This document shows positions 11,187-27,000 of a DNA stretch of 50,628 bases, in pieces. The notes below the pieces were generated by a model. The model did not search any database. It was not told where the DNA came from and saw only the letters and a program-made list of their open reading frames with translations. This DNA comes from Hyphochytrium catenoides (Eukaryota; Protista; Hyphochytriomycota). The number at the start of each line of letters is the position of its first letter. The stretch's first letter is position 1. The stretch covers positions 1-50,628 of the forward strand of contig FLMG01002915.1 of assembly GCA_900088475.1 (NCBI GenBank). The letters are read 5' to 3'. Made by a program: the position numbers and the translations under genes.

Positions 11187-12898
11187 TCATGCAATTTTTT
11201 CTTTCGCTGTCCTCCGTCTGATCAGGGCAACCAGCTGTTTCTTGAGGGCTTGTTCCTCTGAAAGAAGCAACATCATGAAGACCAGAAAGAGTGCAGCTCC
11301 AATGCTGACGTGTTGCAAGTGCCCCAGTAAGGGTGAAGCCAGAGTCACACGTTGCGATGACCATAGTGTGAGAATGTAAGCACTCACTAGGCAACACAAA
11401 GGTTTAGGTCCCGGTAGGGCCTCAGGTATGCTAAAGCCATTTTCTCGGTCCTCAAGGAAGAAGTTCCGTATGAAGATCAGACAATAACTAATCCGTAGTG
11501 CCATGTTGATGCAATTGGCAATAATGAAGCCTGCCACCCCATACTGGTATTGTCTCACTAGGATTGTTGCAACAAGCGCATATATCCCGAAAAATACTGG
11601 CAGAAAGTAGTTAAGCCGTATCAGGTACCGTTTAGGAGCCACGGTGTAGACGAACGCCTCGCACATCCCGTTCCATGCCATGAAGAAGACGTAGGCGCAG
11701 TACCAAGAGAAGGCATGGGCAATGTCTGCCGCTCTCTCTTTGCTTCCGAAAAGAAGACGGACTAGGGTGGTGGTGTAGTTGGTGCCGAAACCAATGAAAA
11801 GCAAGCCCACAATAGAGACAAACTTCAGCCTGTTTCTTAGCAGTTCCCGCAATGCCAGTTTACCTGCCCGACCCATTCCATCGCTCTCGCTGAACAGTAC
11901 CCTGCTTGTCTCTTCAATGGGCTGGAACAGGACTCTAGCGGCGAGAGACCCATAGTTCGCCACTATAGCATATATTCCTTGATCTTCTACTGAAGAGATG
12001 GCAAAGAGGAGGAAGCTGTCCCCCTGCGTAAGGATGTGCTTGAAGACTGATTGCACAGCGAATGTCTGGACAAGGTGAAACACCCAGCCCTCGACGAAGG
12101 GCTCCTGCGTTCCGGTATTTCCTGAAAGCCGGGGAAGGAGCTGCTTGATGGAGGACGCAATTGATGGATGCTGACTTTGGGAGTTGTTACTGGAGTCTCT
12201 CAGGAAGAATACGAGGTAGCATAACAAGATGACTACTGAGTTGGCTAGCTGGGCAAGACCAAATCCTAAAACTCCCAAGCGGAGCTGTACTGCCAGAAGA
12301 TAGATGAGCGTAGAGCGAGTGATGATTGCCGCTCCTTCCGCAGTCGCACGAACTCCAAAGTTCAGTGAGCTCTGAGCCAAAACAAACATCGGCTCCGCCA
12401 GCCCTTCGACGACAGCCGACAGGCAGTAAAGGGTCACTCCTGTGGTATAGCCCTCCAACGACTCGTGAACGTAGAAGTGAAAGCTAACCCACATGCCGCT
12501 GGCTAATACCAGACAGACTGGAAAAGACATCCAAGCTGCGTTCACCAATTGTTGCATCTTGATGCTGCTATTAGCTTGCTCCTCATTGTGTGCTAGCCGA
12601 AATCCTGGCCGTTTAGCTCTGAGAAGGGCCAATCGAAATGGTTCCTTGGATAGGAAGACAATGGTGGAAAGGATAATCCCTTCCAATTGAACAGTGCAGA
12701 AGCCAAGGACGGTGATAGGAACCTTGGTGACGACGAGCTGGTTCAGGACAAAAGTAAGCACCTTCTGCAGAACCGTTAGACACAGCAAGTATGTGGTCCC
12801 CCTCACTGCANNNNNNNNNNNNNNNNNNNNNNNNNNNNNNNNNNNNNNNNNNNNNNNNNNNNNNNNNNTAAGCTCTCTGATGCCATTGAACCTGGCAT
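11187..12898 (-). CDS. RFT1: RFT1, ER Man5GlcNAc2-PP-dolichol translocation protein (MOP superfamily); 5' end crosses an assembly gap
   Basis: Uninterrupted 539-codon multi-TM ORF with RFT1 motifs TFVLNQ, FLSKEPFRLA, EGLAEP, QSVFKHILTQGD, QGIYAIVANYGSLAARVLFQPIEE, NGMCEAFV, GFIIANCINMALRI. The likely ATG (12898 or 12886) lies upstream of the N gap, so frame across the gap cannot be checked. Confidence 0.95.
12811..12868. other. Assembly gap
   Basis: Run of N. Confidence 1.
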
Positions 12899-13697
12899 GG
12901 CACCTTTACCATCACTGCTGCATTCAGGTTTGATATACTCACTGCCTATACTCCGAGCCATCGCGCGCTAACACTTTACACTCTACTAATCCTGCAGAAT
13001 CTATGATCAAACGTTATAAAGCCATGCTGCCGCTAGTCCTCATCTCGCACTTTTACTGCTGCGGTGGAGCGCCCGTCAAACGTCAAAGACAGGTTCATAA
13101 GTTCTTCGATGATGGGTGATGCGGAAAGTCGTGGTCTCTCATCCCTCAATCAAACAAAAAAACGTCACCGCGAGTCGCTAACGCCTAATCTTGTAACAAC
13201 ACTTGACACTGAGAATCCCGAGCGATCCATAGCCGCGTCTCGACTGAGAGCTCGATCTCCGTGCAGCAGTGCCGCGCAGTAGAACTATAGAACTATGAAG
13301 ATATAAACCTTGAAACAAACTCACAACCAAAGACAGCGTCGGACAGTGTCGGTCTCTCAAGTTGGAAAGGCTTTCAAAGTTCATTTGCGTTTTCGCCTGA
13401 GCAAATCTTGCGCGACCTGGGGGCGATTCAAGAAAGGTTTGAGGGGATATTCGAAGGGACTTATAAACAACGTAAATAAATGGTCTGACAAGCTCCGCGG
13501 CAAAATCTAGCGCATATACCAGTGTCTTTCTTGATCATCATCCACCGATGGGCCAGTCTGCAGAGCTTTAGATCCTCGGAAAAAGCAATTTTCAGTGAAA
13601 TCTGCCTTTCTCTATCGGTAAACTTGATGCTAGTGCTAGGTCTGTAAGCAGAATCTCGTATAGAACTGGTATTAGCTAAGGTGCAGAGACTTGGGCC
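12899..13697. promoter_or_regulatory. Divergent promoter region shared by RFT1 and MER3
   Basis: About 800 bp between head-to-head starts. An E2F-type TTTGCCGC lies on the minus strand at 13497-13504. Confidence 0.45.
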
Positions 13698-16600
13698 ATG
13701 CAAGACCGAGAGGACTATATCTCGATGCCCGACTTCGACCTCCTCGATGCAGCTGGAGGATCTCTTGAACATCAGTTGGAGCAGTCCCATGGTCATACAG
13801 ATTCCAGTTGGAGGTCCAATGAAGGAGGATACATTCCCTCTGCACCATCACCAACAACATCGGCCCTCATGGCTACTTGTGAGGCGGATGATCATCCAAG
13901 GGGAGACAGACTTCCTCCAGAACTTTCGCGAGCTCCTTTCGCCAAGTGCTTCGAACATTTACGTGAGCTAAACAGTGTTCAGCAACAGATTTTCCCGACT
14001 GTCTATAGGACTGACGCGAATATGATGGTCTGTGCACCGACCGGCTCCGGCAAGACGCTCATCTTGGAGTTTGCCCTTATACGGGAGATTCAAAGGCAAT
14101 TTTGTTCAGGAGGAGAATCACCCCGTCCTACTGGTGTAGAGAAGGCTGTCTATATAGCCCCGCTCAAGGCAATCATTCAAGAAAGGTTTGACTAGCGAAA
14201 ATGGATTTTGGTATAATAGGTCTCATAGCCCAGGTGTGCAGGGTGCATGACTGGCAAGCGCGTTTCGGGCCTCTCGGCATTCGAATGGTAGAGCTATCTG
14301 GTGACATCGCATCTCTACAGCCACATGAGCTAGATGAAGCTGACGTTATCCTAGCTACACCGGAGAAGGTATGTTACTCGCTACGAAGAGTACGGGCTAC
14401 CGTGAAGGGCTTAAAACACCCATTCTTCGTTATACCTGCATCTTACCTTATTTCCTCAACAGTGGGACGCTCTATCAAGGCAACAGGATAAGAAGGTCCT
14501 ACCTGCCTCCATGGTTGTCATGACCCTCGCCTCATGTCTAAATATTTCAAAACATATTCGAGCTACAGGGCATTCTGGGTAGTGTCAAGCTACTCCTTGT
14601 GGATGAGGTACACTCAATCCAGGATGGAACGCGAGGTGCAGTTTTGGAGGCCATAATATGCAGGATGAAGTGCCTTTCAGAGAGATATAAGAAGACTTCA
14701 GCCGAAGACCCCCTACCCATTTCTAGGATGTAAGCACTAGCTCTCTGATACTTGTGGGGAACAAGCTTCTTAATCCCTACTACCTTCGCCAGGAGGGTCA
14801 TAGCGCTATCTGCCACCGCGCCTAACGCTGACGTCGTAGGGAGGTGGCTCGGATGTCCGGAAGCCTCAATATTTAAGGTGGTACTTCCACTATCACCACC
14901 ACACCACTCCTAGCAGTAACCTTGTCGTCACCTGCGTCGTCAGTTTGGTGCTGGAAGTCGCCCCGTTCCACTCAGGATTCATATTCACGGATATTGGGCA
15001 AAAGGCAATCACTTTCTTTTCGAAAGGAAAGTTTGTAAGTCCTAGCACTTGGAAGGGGTCTTCCAGCCATAATTTCAATTCACTACGTTACAGAGGTTTG
15101 GATAGCAAAGTGCTGCCTGTCATCGACAGGTATTGGAAGAGGAAGCCAGTTCTTATCTTCTGCTCGTCTAGAAAATCCACCGTACAATTGGCAAAGTAAG
15201 CTTCCATTTATTTGCCAGGTTTCCCCGGAGACTAAGGTAGACCTGACTCTTGCATGCTTCCTATACCACGGGTTCATCTCTCTTTAGCTTGATAGCCCAG
15301 CAGACGAATGGATCACTGATCAGCTGCGAGGAGCAGCTTACAACCCTGCGTCGTCATAGCGTTAAGGTAGGCAACGCGTTGATTGATTATCAAGACAACC
15401 AAGTCTTCCCGCGTTTATAAATAGCAACCTCGATACAGCTATCTCAGACAAGTAAACCGCTATCGGAGGCGCTTCTTAACGGAGTCGGCTTCCATCACGC
15501 CGGCCTATCTGTTGAGGAACGTCATGAAGTCGAAGCAGCGTTCTGTTCAGCCAACCTCCCTGTTCTCTGGTAGGTATATCCGAACCCAATTAGCTCGTCT
15601 TCCCTTGTCGACCTTAAAGTGACAGCTCCTCTGACCGATATCTACTAGTTCCACGTCATCCCTAGCTCTTGGCGTAAATTTGCCATGTCATTTGGTGATT
15701 GTGAAAGGGACGAAGATATATTCAGAGAACGGATACAAGGACTACGAGTGGTCAAAGTATGGCGGCTGATGCGACTAACACGAGGCGACGGAGAAGTCGA
15801 TTCTAACAGTTCATCATTGTTATTTCTGTCTTATCTGCCTTCCTCCAGCATAGTTCAGATGATAGGTAGACCATGTGCCCCCTCTTGTGCAGTGCTGAGC
15901 TCATGACAATCTGTTGCGGTGTAAGGTCGTGCCGGACGGCCAGGGTTCGACACTGAGGGGGTCGCTGTTATCATGACTGAAGAAAAGTGCAAGGCTCGAT
16001 ACGAGGAGCTAACAAGGTATGCCGTACCCAGACTTCTTTGAGCTTGGGTTCGGTGACAGTACAGCTAATTGGACGACTCCTTCCATCGTTAGTTCGTCAA
16101 GTTCACAGCCGCATGTCTACAGCAACCTGAAGGCCAGACTTATTGAGGTTATCAACAGCGAGATAGTAGTGGGGACGGTAAACCTCTGCCTCTTCCAACC
16201 TTCATATCGTTGGCTACCCCCTTACCTAAAACTTCTTGTCGTATTCTATACCAGATTTGCGATACCATCTCGTGTCAACAATGGGCAAAGGTCTGCCGCT
16301 ATAAAGTGCGAGCGGAAATGGCAGGGACTAACTTGCAGTTTTGTGACTGCAAAGCAAACGTTTCTCTTTCACCAGCAGGTTGATGACAATGCACAAGCTA
16401 AGGCGACACAGGACGAGACCGAGATCCACTCAAAGATAGCAGATTTCCACTCTCAGTTCTATGATGCCATTAATGAGCTTGTAAAGCACAGACTTGCGGA
16501 CAAAAAAGACACTGCTATCAGGCCTCTCCCGGCTGGTGTAGTGATGTCGCGCTATCACATCCGCTTTGCAACAATGACACAACTTCTTAGCCTATCTGCC

Positions 16601-19531
16601 ACCTCCGGTACACCAACCTCTTGGCACTGCCTCTATCTTGATACCAAGACTTCTGATTGCGTCTTGTCGTGGGTTTTGCAGGTATTGAGGAGATCCTTCG
16701 TCTGCTCTCGTCAGCTGAGGAGCTTCAACGCCCTTTGCGCCGCCAGGAGAAGGTGATGCTGAACACGTTTAATAAGTCAAAGGCGAGATTCCCTTTGAAG
16801 AAAAAAAAGGGCTTTGCGAAAGTGCAAGATGCCACGGGGAAATGTACGTCAGCTTACTGATTATCAGGAAGTGAGCTATCGACCATTCACTCGTTCTAAC
16901 CCCGCGTGTATGGCTATCAACTTTTGTTCTCCTACTCTCAGGCTTTCTTTTGTTGCAGGTCGCTTTATCCGGCACTAAGTTGGACGACTGGTCGTTGACG
17001 AACGAAGCAAGAGGGAATCTTGAGCCAGCAGAGAAGATATGCAAGGCCATGATAGATCTCTTTCAACAAGTAAGTAATATGCTCGCGTCTAGAAGCTGCG
17101 CTATCCTTCTGATGCCAAGAGTCTTTGTTCTGATTAGCGATCATATGGAGCAGCCCTGGTTTCAGCGATTCAATCAAGAAAGATGATGGCGAGTCAGATG
17201 TGGTGGGACTCTAGAGACTGTTTGCTGCGGCAGTAAGTCGCAGTTATTCTTCACTGGAAGAGGTAGCCGGCAAACTAACTTTACGTATGAGATTCGAGGG
17301 TGTAGGTCAAGTCCTGTGTGAACGACTCAAGGCGTCAAACATTACCAGCTACGAAAATCTCCTTCACACTCCAGCCCATCTTGTTGACGTCGCAAGTGGC
17401 AGACAAAGCCCCTTCGGTCTCAACCTTATCAAGGCGGTAGCTAATATGACAGGGAACCTACTTAGCATTTTCACCCAAGAAGTACGGTGGCGCACCGTAA
17501 GGTCGCCTGCTACGCAGTCTTTAAGGTACGAGTTCACGGTGCCTGTGAGACAACGTGGCCCATCTACCTGTCAGAAGCTTTTGCGAATATCACATGGAGA
17601 TCAGCACCAAAATGAAGTGTCCGTCAAGAAGGGCCAGTACTATTTCGTGGCGTTGTCAACGGCCACAGCAAAGCTTTTGCATATTCAGACAATTAGGGCA
17701 GAGGGCATCGTGTGCTTTCGTGTAGACAACAAGGATTTGCAGAAGCCACCTCCTTCTGGAGGTTTTGTCAACAGGAACGGAGGCACGGTAGCCCTTTATC
17801 TTCTCAACAGGGATCTTGTGGGCGCTGATATGGAACACCAGCTTCAAGTTGGTTCCATAGACGAAGCACACCAAGAAGAAGAGGTTCCGATAACAGCAAA
17901 GGATAGAAAGCTCAACCGACGGGCACGCTTATCCTCATGTAAAGACGAGAACACTTCAACATCATCGCCCGATCACGCCATTTTCCGTGGTGAGCAACCC
18001 TCCTGCGACTTGGGAATGTCGGCGGGCCAGTCACCATGCTCGTCAGCAATATTTTCCATGGAGTACCGACAGCAACCTTATCTCCCCACAACGCCTTCTG
18101 TGTCTCCGCAACCTGGAGGAAGGAAGCTCGAGTTTACCGCGAATGATGAACGCCAACTATCAATGGTACCCAAAGACCCTCCCAAAGCATCAAACAATAT
18201 GAGCCGTGGGGGTTCCGAGGATAAAGATTTACTTCAACCGCCGAATCGAAGACTGATCAGCGGTGATCATAAATATGAAAAGATGTCTACCCAGCTGTCG
18301 AAGAGACGCAAAAGTTCCGAGCCGTGGCCCCTTGACTCCAGGTAAGTACAGCTATGGCAATAGATAGTTATAGCGTCCTGGCACCGTAGACTGAGTCCTG
18401 GTCTTTAGCTCCACCTGCCAGGCTAGCGAGCTGGGAAGCCAGCGCCGTTCAGGTTGTCTCCGACAAATGCTGATAGGTAAAGGAAGTTCCCACGAGCGCA
18501 TTGCAGAAGCCAAGGGCAGTCCTATCGATAGCAGCAGCATGGTCGCCTCTGCTTCTGTGGAGTTTGCACGGGCAAGGTTCAACGTGTTGTACCAAGGACA
18601 CCCATCAGTCCAAGCTGCTTCTCTCATCCTTAGCAGGCCACGAGTAAGGGCTAAGGTTGCGGGACATGCCCGTATAGGGCTTGTTGATATGGCAAAAAAA
18701 GAAGCTGCTGTGCGTCAGCCCTCCTCGCCAAAGCAGAGTGCACCATGGGTAACGTTACCTCTTCCTACATCCATCCTTTGTTCTAAAGAAGCTCTCCGCT
18801 TAACGCAGGAAGAATATGAACGCTGTGGCGAACACGGTTCTCGAGGTGATCATGATGACCACAGAAGTCAGGCAATAGAAACCTTTTCTAAGTGTCTCAA
18901 GAGGTATGCTTGCCCTCGGTCGGCAAAAAGCCCAGTTCTACCAGACGACAGCCGCTGTACGGAGAGACCGACGGGGTTAAGCAGGACGCAAGAGACCACA
19001 GCAGCGATGAAAGAGCAAACGCTCATGTGGGCGACGCCTTTCGACTTCCACGCATCTCCAGCAAGCCAGCATCCAGATGGTAGCGGATTTTGGCGACATG
19101 GGTATTTTGTAGGAGACAGCACAGTAAGCACGAGGTCATTTGGCTCTGATCGGCATTGGAAAGCGCCCCCTGTTCATGCGCGTCTGCCGGGCTCTCTTCG
19201 TGCTTCTGAAGTGTTACCAAGTCAAGCAGCGGACGCGAGAGTATCCTCTTCAGAGACAACCTCTCTCCGCACGGGAGAAATGGCGCCACCTACCCATCTC
19301 TCTGAATATCAGCCAGTGCCCCGTCGATCGTTTAATCGGAATTCGCATCTATCGCCTGACCTCTCCCGGGCAATAGCTTGTGACACATTGGAAGAGCTCA
19401 GGACAAGGCAAGCACCCCTGAGAGAGAACAGTCAAATTGCAGGCGGATATGAAAAACCGATTTCCATTCGTCTGGCGGCCTCATTGGACACAAGAAGCAT
19501 GGAATCAGCCTTCGAAGAGGCATTCTTCTAG
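13698..19531 (+). CDS. MER3: Meiotic crossover helicase MER3/HFM1 (Ski2-like DExH + Sec63 domain), ~18 exons, long disordered C-tail
   Basis: Spliced motifs: LNSVQ, CAPTGSGKT, YIAPLKA, ELSGD, ATPEKWD, LLLVDEVH..RGAVLEAII, ALSAT, FGAGSRPVPL..GY..NHFLFE, KPVLIFCSSRK, GVGFHHAGL, STSSLALGVNLP, QMIGRAGRPGFD, EVINSEI, and Sec63-like LRRQEK..LLLQ..QMWW..LRQFEGVG. It has one helicase cassette, unlike Brr2/ASCC3. The last exon ends FEEAFF* at 19531. Confidence 0.88.
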
Positions 19532-20160
19532 TGATACATGGCAATGGCGATGAGAGCTGTAGTACGCTCCGGCTCGAGATCTGTCTTGCAGAGCCCCTAA
19601 ACTTTAGAAAAAACAGCCATCAAGGGCTTTGACCGCGCCAACCCAGAAGCTGAGCTTTGTTGACGGGATGATAGCGCTGACGAGAAAGTGCTCATACAAG
19701 AAAACCCCTTGGAAAGAGTCCACTTCTGATACGATTGGTACCACCTCCAATACGGCGTTACCGGCTCCATTTTGAAATTTCTTCCCGCCACGATTTAGCT
19801 ATGAAAACACTTTATGGGCAAGTGAAAGAAAGACCCCGACGTGTGGGATTGCCTTATCTTGAACACATTGGCTTTGCCTGTCGCTCCACCTCGAGGTTCT
19901 TCATCTGTCCTTCTTCTTGCCAACAGAAAGGCACCTGAATGACCAATACAGCCGGCGTAGAGCTCGACAGACTGTGACTCTGCACATGAGATGATTTATC
20001 CGACGCTGCTTGGTCAATCCGTCAGATACTGAGAGCAAGTCCAGCCACCAACTTTACTTCCCTAGCCTAGAAAGTAGTGGCTTTCTCAGTTCATGGAGAG
20101 GAAGTCGTAAGCAACTTGTGCTAGGTAAAGGAGCTCTTATGGGGCTACTGCAAACTCGCA

Positions 20161-23394
<3,234 letters not shown>

Positions 23395-23713
23395 AAAGGA
23401 AGATCTCAGACATCTGGAGAGAGAGAGACGCGGTGAGAGAAGGCGCATGAAGGCTTAAGAAAGCGGTGTGGCAGACCAGAGGACTCGACCTCCTGGGCCT
23501 GGCTGCTAGGATGAAGAAGAAGAGATGGAGCCAAAAGTTGCTGTCAGTCCTTCAAAACTCCCCCAGGAAATTTCTGAGTAACGCCATCCTTAAGATATGC
23601 CACCCTCTGAGGGAACCGAGTTGTTATGTTGGGCGAAGTGACTAAAGATTATCCGCGTTGAGATTTAGAAGGATCTTTGTCAATGTGTTCGTGTCTTTCC
23701 TCCGCTCAAATTC

Positions 23714-23860
23714 CTCTCTCTCTCTCCTCTTATTCTCGCTCTCTCGCTCTCGCTCTCTCTCTNNNNNNNNNNNNNNNNNNNNNNNNNNNNNNNNNNNNNN
23801 TCTCTCTCTCTCTCTCTCTCTCTCCCTCTCTCTCCTCACTTCCCGTTCTCTCTCTCTCGA
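23714..23860. repeat. (CT)n microsatellite containing an assembly gap (23763-23800), upstream of GBA2
   Basis: CT runs on both sides of the N run. Confidence 0.95.
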
Positions 23861-24019
23861 TAGTGTCTCGTTGTCCTCCTCCGCTGCTTGGTACAATCTT
23901 CTGCCGCCGAGACTGTGGTCTCAACCTCTTTGGCCTTTCTCGTTGCCGATCTCTTCGTCCGCGACCTTGCGTCTAGTGATCGGTGCCCAAGGCCACTTAG
24001 TCCCGAAGGTTTGAGATTT

Positions 24020-27000
24020 ATGTCTTCATCCCCTAGTGAAGAGCGTAATCGCTCTCCATCCCTACCAAATCGTGATAGTAAAGATGGAGCAACGGCTGCA
24101 CCAGCAGCACAGCAATCGGCTGATGCAGCTTCTCCTCTTGCTCCCTTTGCCGGAGGAAAGTTGATAAGTGAACAGCATGCACAGAGGGAAGAAGAAGATG
24201 GAAAGTGTGATGGCGCCGTAGGTGTGTTAGGAATGGAGGATGAGAGGGTGAGATTCAACATTCCGGAGCACACATGGACACGGCGGTTTGACGCCGAGGA
24301 TCCAGCTGAAGAGGTGCACAAACCGTCCATGCCGGACTTCTTGGAGGCATTGTCTCTCCTGCCTCTAGCCTATCGTCTTGGCCGGTAAGGTTCAGTTAGA
24401 CCTGCGAGAAGTGCTTTTCTCTGAACATAGCTCCTCCTTGATGTCCTCTATCACCGCGGATGTCAGACAGATGCTCTTGCGCGGCTCTCTTCCTCACATT
24501 AGTCCCTTCTCGACCCCTTTCCCAAAAGGTACATTCACAACCAGAGACTGGAGGGCAGACTACCCATATTGGATCTGCAGGTACACGCACGGTTATGGAC
24601 TTCATAGAGTTCCATATCCTCACCTACGTCTCGCTTCGTTTCTAATCAGTCCACTGTCACTCTAACTTCAATGCTCTTGCCTTCATTTCTGCTGTTTCCC
24701 TTTATATCTATGCAGATCCCATCTCTGCAGCCTGTTAGACCCGGCCCTCATGCTGGAGTTCCTCTGGGAGGTATCGGGGGCGGCTGTATAGGAAGAGGCT
24801 GGCGAGGAGGCTTCAGACGGTGGTCCCTGGCACCCGGTAAGTCAAATCAATCTTATTTTTAAGAGTCTGCGGAGGTGTCTCCTCTTTCGCATACAAGTCT
24901 TATCTCCACCTTGTCGGACGCGATCGGTCTCGGACAAACACAGAGAAGGCATTGCCGTATCTCCTCGTTCAGGACCTTTTCGCCTGCTGATTCTCTTATT
25001 CCTTCTCCTTGTCCGTTCACGTCGATAAGGTCCTCCCTAACCTATCACAACCTAACCGTGTATCACTCAGAAGACCCCTTCATATCCTGACACTCCTCCT
25101 TCCTCCAAAGGCTCCTACCATCACAAAGAGGTCATAGCGGATCAATTCTCTGTCTTCATTCAACGGGGCCATCGAACGTTCTCTCAGGTGAGTATCCACA
25201 GTGGGGTCCTGTCCAAAACTTGAGATGGTTTTGATGTTTACTGGAGACGTAGAATGATTGAGAAGACTACGTTTTTCTATCACAGCGTTAAGAGGTTTGA
25301 TTGCGTCACTGCATGTTTTCTCGCTGTTATCGCCTGTATATGTCCCTTATCTGGGCCACTTCTCTGACCTTGGTGTCTCGTTCGCTTCTTCATATCCACC
25401 GCCAATTCTCTATTACCCAGGTTCTATCCACCCGCAAGACAGGCGACCCTACAGGATCATTGAGCAGCTGGTCCTGGGGACTGGATCCCAGCAAAGCAGT
25501 GTACTACGCCCTCTATCCCCGTGCCTGGACGGTCTACGACCTATCAGAGGCTAAAGTTCGCCTCGTTTGCAAGCAGGTTTGAAGCAGGAATCTGTATTGA
25601 CCTTTAGATAGCTGCACTTCTGCTTCTCGATATCATCCTCATTTTATCCTAGATAGCTCCTTCTGCTTCTGTAGCCTAAGGGCCTGTCCTCCACTGCCTG
25701 TGTGATACACTTCATGCAGTGCGGGTGTCCATGATTAGCACAGCATACCTCTGGTCGTTGCTTTTGTTAAACAATCCCCCCACTAACTCCTTGTTTCACT
25801 CGTCTCTCGCGCGGGTCTACGGGGACAATGTATGGCGTTTGAAGATCTCGCCGGTCATACCTCATAACTACACGGAGTCTTCTCTTCCTATGGGCGTGTT
25901 CGAGTGGACAGTTGAGAACTATGGTGATGATGAAGTCCTTGTGGGTCTACTATTCTCCTTCCAGAATGGAGATGGGGGCGTAGCCGACCAACAAGGAGGG
26001 CACTATAATGCTCCGTTTGGCTTTAAAGGTTAGGAACTTCTTGTTATTGCTTGAAGCCTCTTGGAGCTGCTTAGGCTCAATTTCTAAGCCTAAACATTCT
26101 TTGCGGCATCTTCTCATTTCAACTATCATTCTCCATACACGCAGAACCTCTCACTGTATATTATCCTCCTTGTTGGCTTTTCTTGAACCACCTCCTGGAG
26201 AGCTCTCCTGACGCAAGTGATGGCCCTCTGACTCTGGACACCCTCTTCCTCTTCCGCTTTGCCTTGTCCCTTTTTCTGGCGCTTTATCGCTTGGCCTTAG
26301 ATGCCTCAAGGAAATGTTATGGCATCCGGTTGCATCACAGGCGTAAAGTGAGGACAGTGAAGGTCAAGCACCCCACAGAGCACTCTCCCACTCCTGCATC
26401 TCTTCTTCAGAAGCTTCCCTCTCGATTTGTATCCAACCCTACAACGTATGAGTTCAAGGAAGACGATGAAGCGGAAGCGAAAAGGAGAAGGGAGGAAGAG
26501 GTTATCTCTGCGGAGAGTCAGCTAGATCCCTGGACATTCTGCATCGCTTGCCCGCGCAGAGAGGACGTTCTAGTCACGTATAACAGCTGTTTCCCAACAA
26601 ACCAGAAGGGAGGAGGAGAGTCTCTTTGGAGACATTTTTCTTCAACGGGAACAATTGGTGCTGGTGAGTGGCAAGGTTTACTTTTCTCTAGGCATTTCAT
26701 GGGCCGGACAAGCGTCCCCCCTTCGGCTAAGGCACATAGTACTTCTCTATCGTTCTTTGCTGTTGGTTCTTGAGATCGGAGTTCAAACTTTCGTTTCCAC
26801 TGGTAGTTGCCTTCAGCGTGCAAGCGATGTTGCTGAGTGTTTGCCACATTTTTCAGTGACGTTTATCCGTAACGCATCTACTACTTCAGCTACTATGAGC
26901 CGTGTCTTGAGGACGAATGATTGGGAAGCGACTAAACTAGTCTTTCACTTCTTTTATCTGACTCTACCTTGCTTACATAATATGGACTCTCCGGCTATAT

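Noticed and set aside
13698-17500. Brr2/ASCC3 identity for the Ski2-like helicase
   Set aside because: There is only one helicase-Sec63 cassette followed by a disordered tail, and the motifs are MER3-type.
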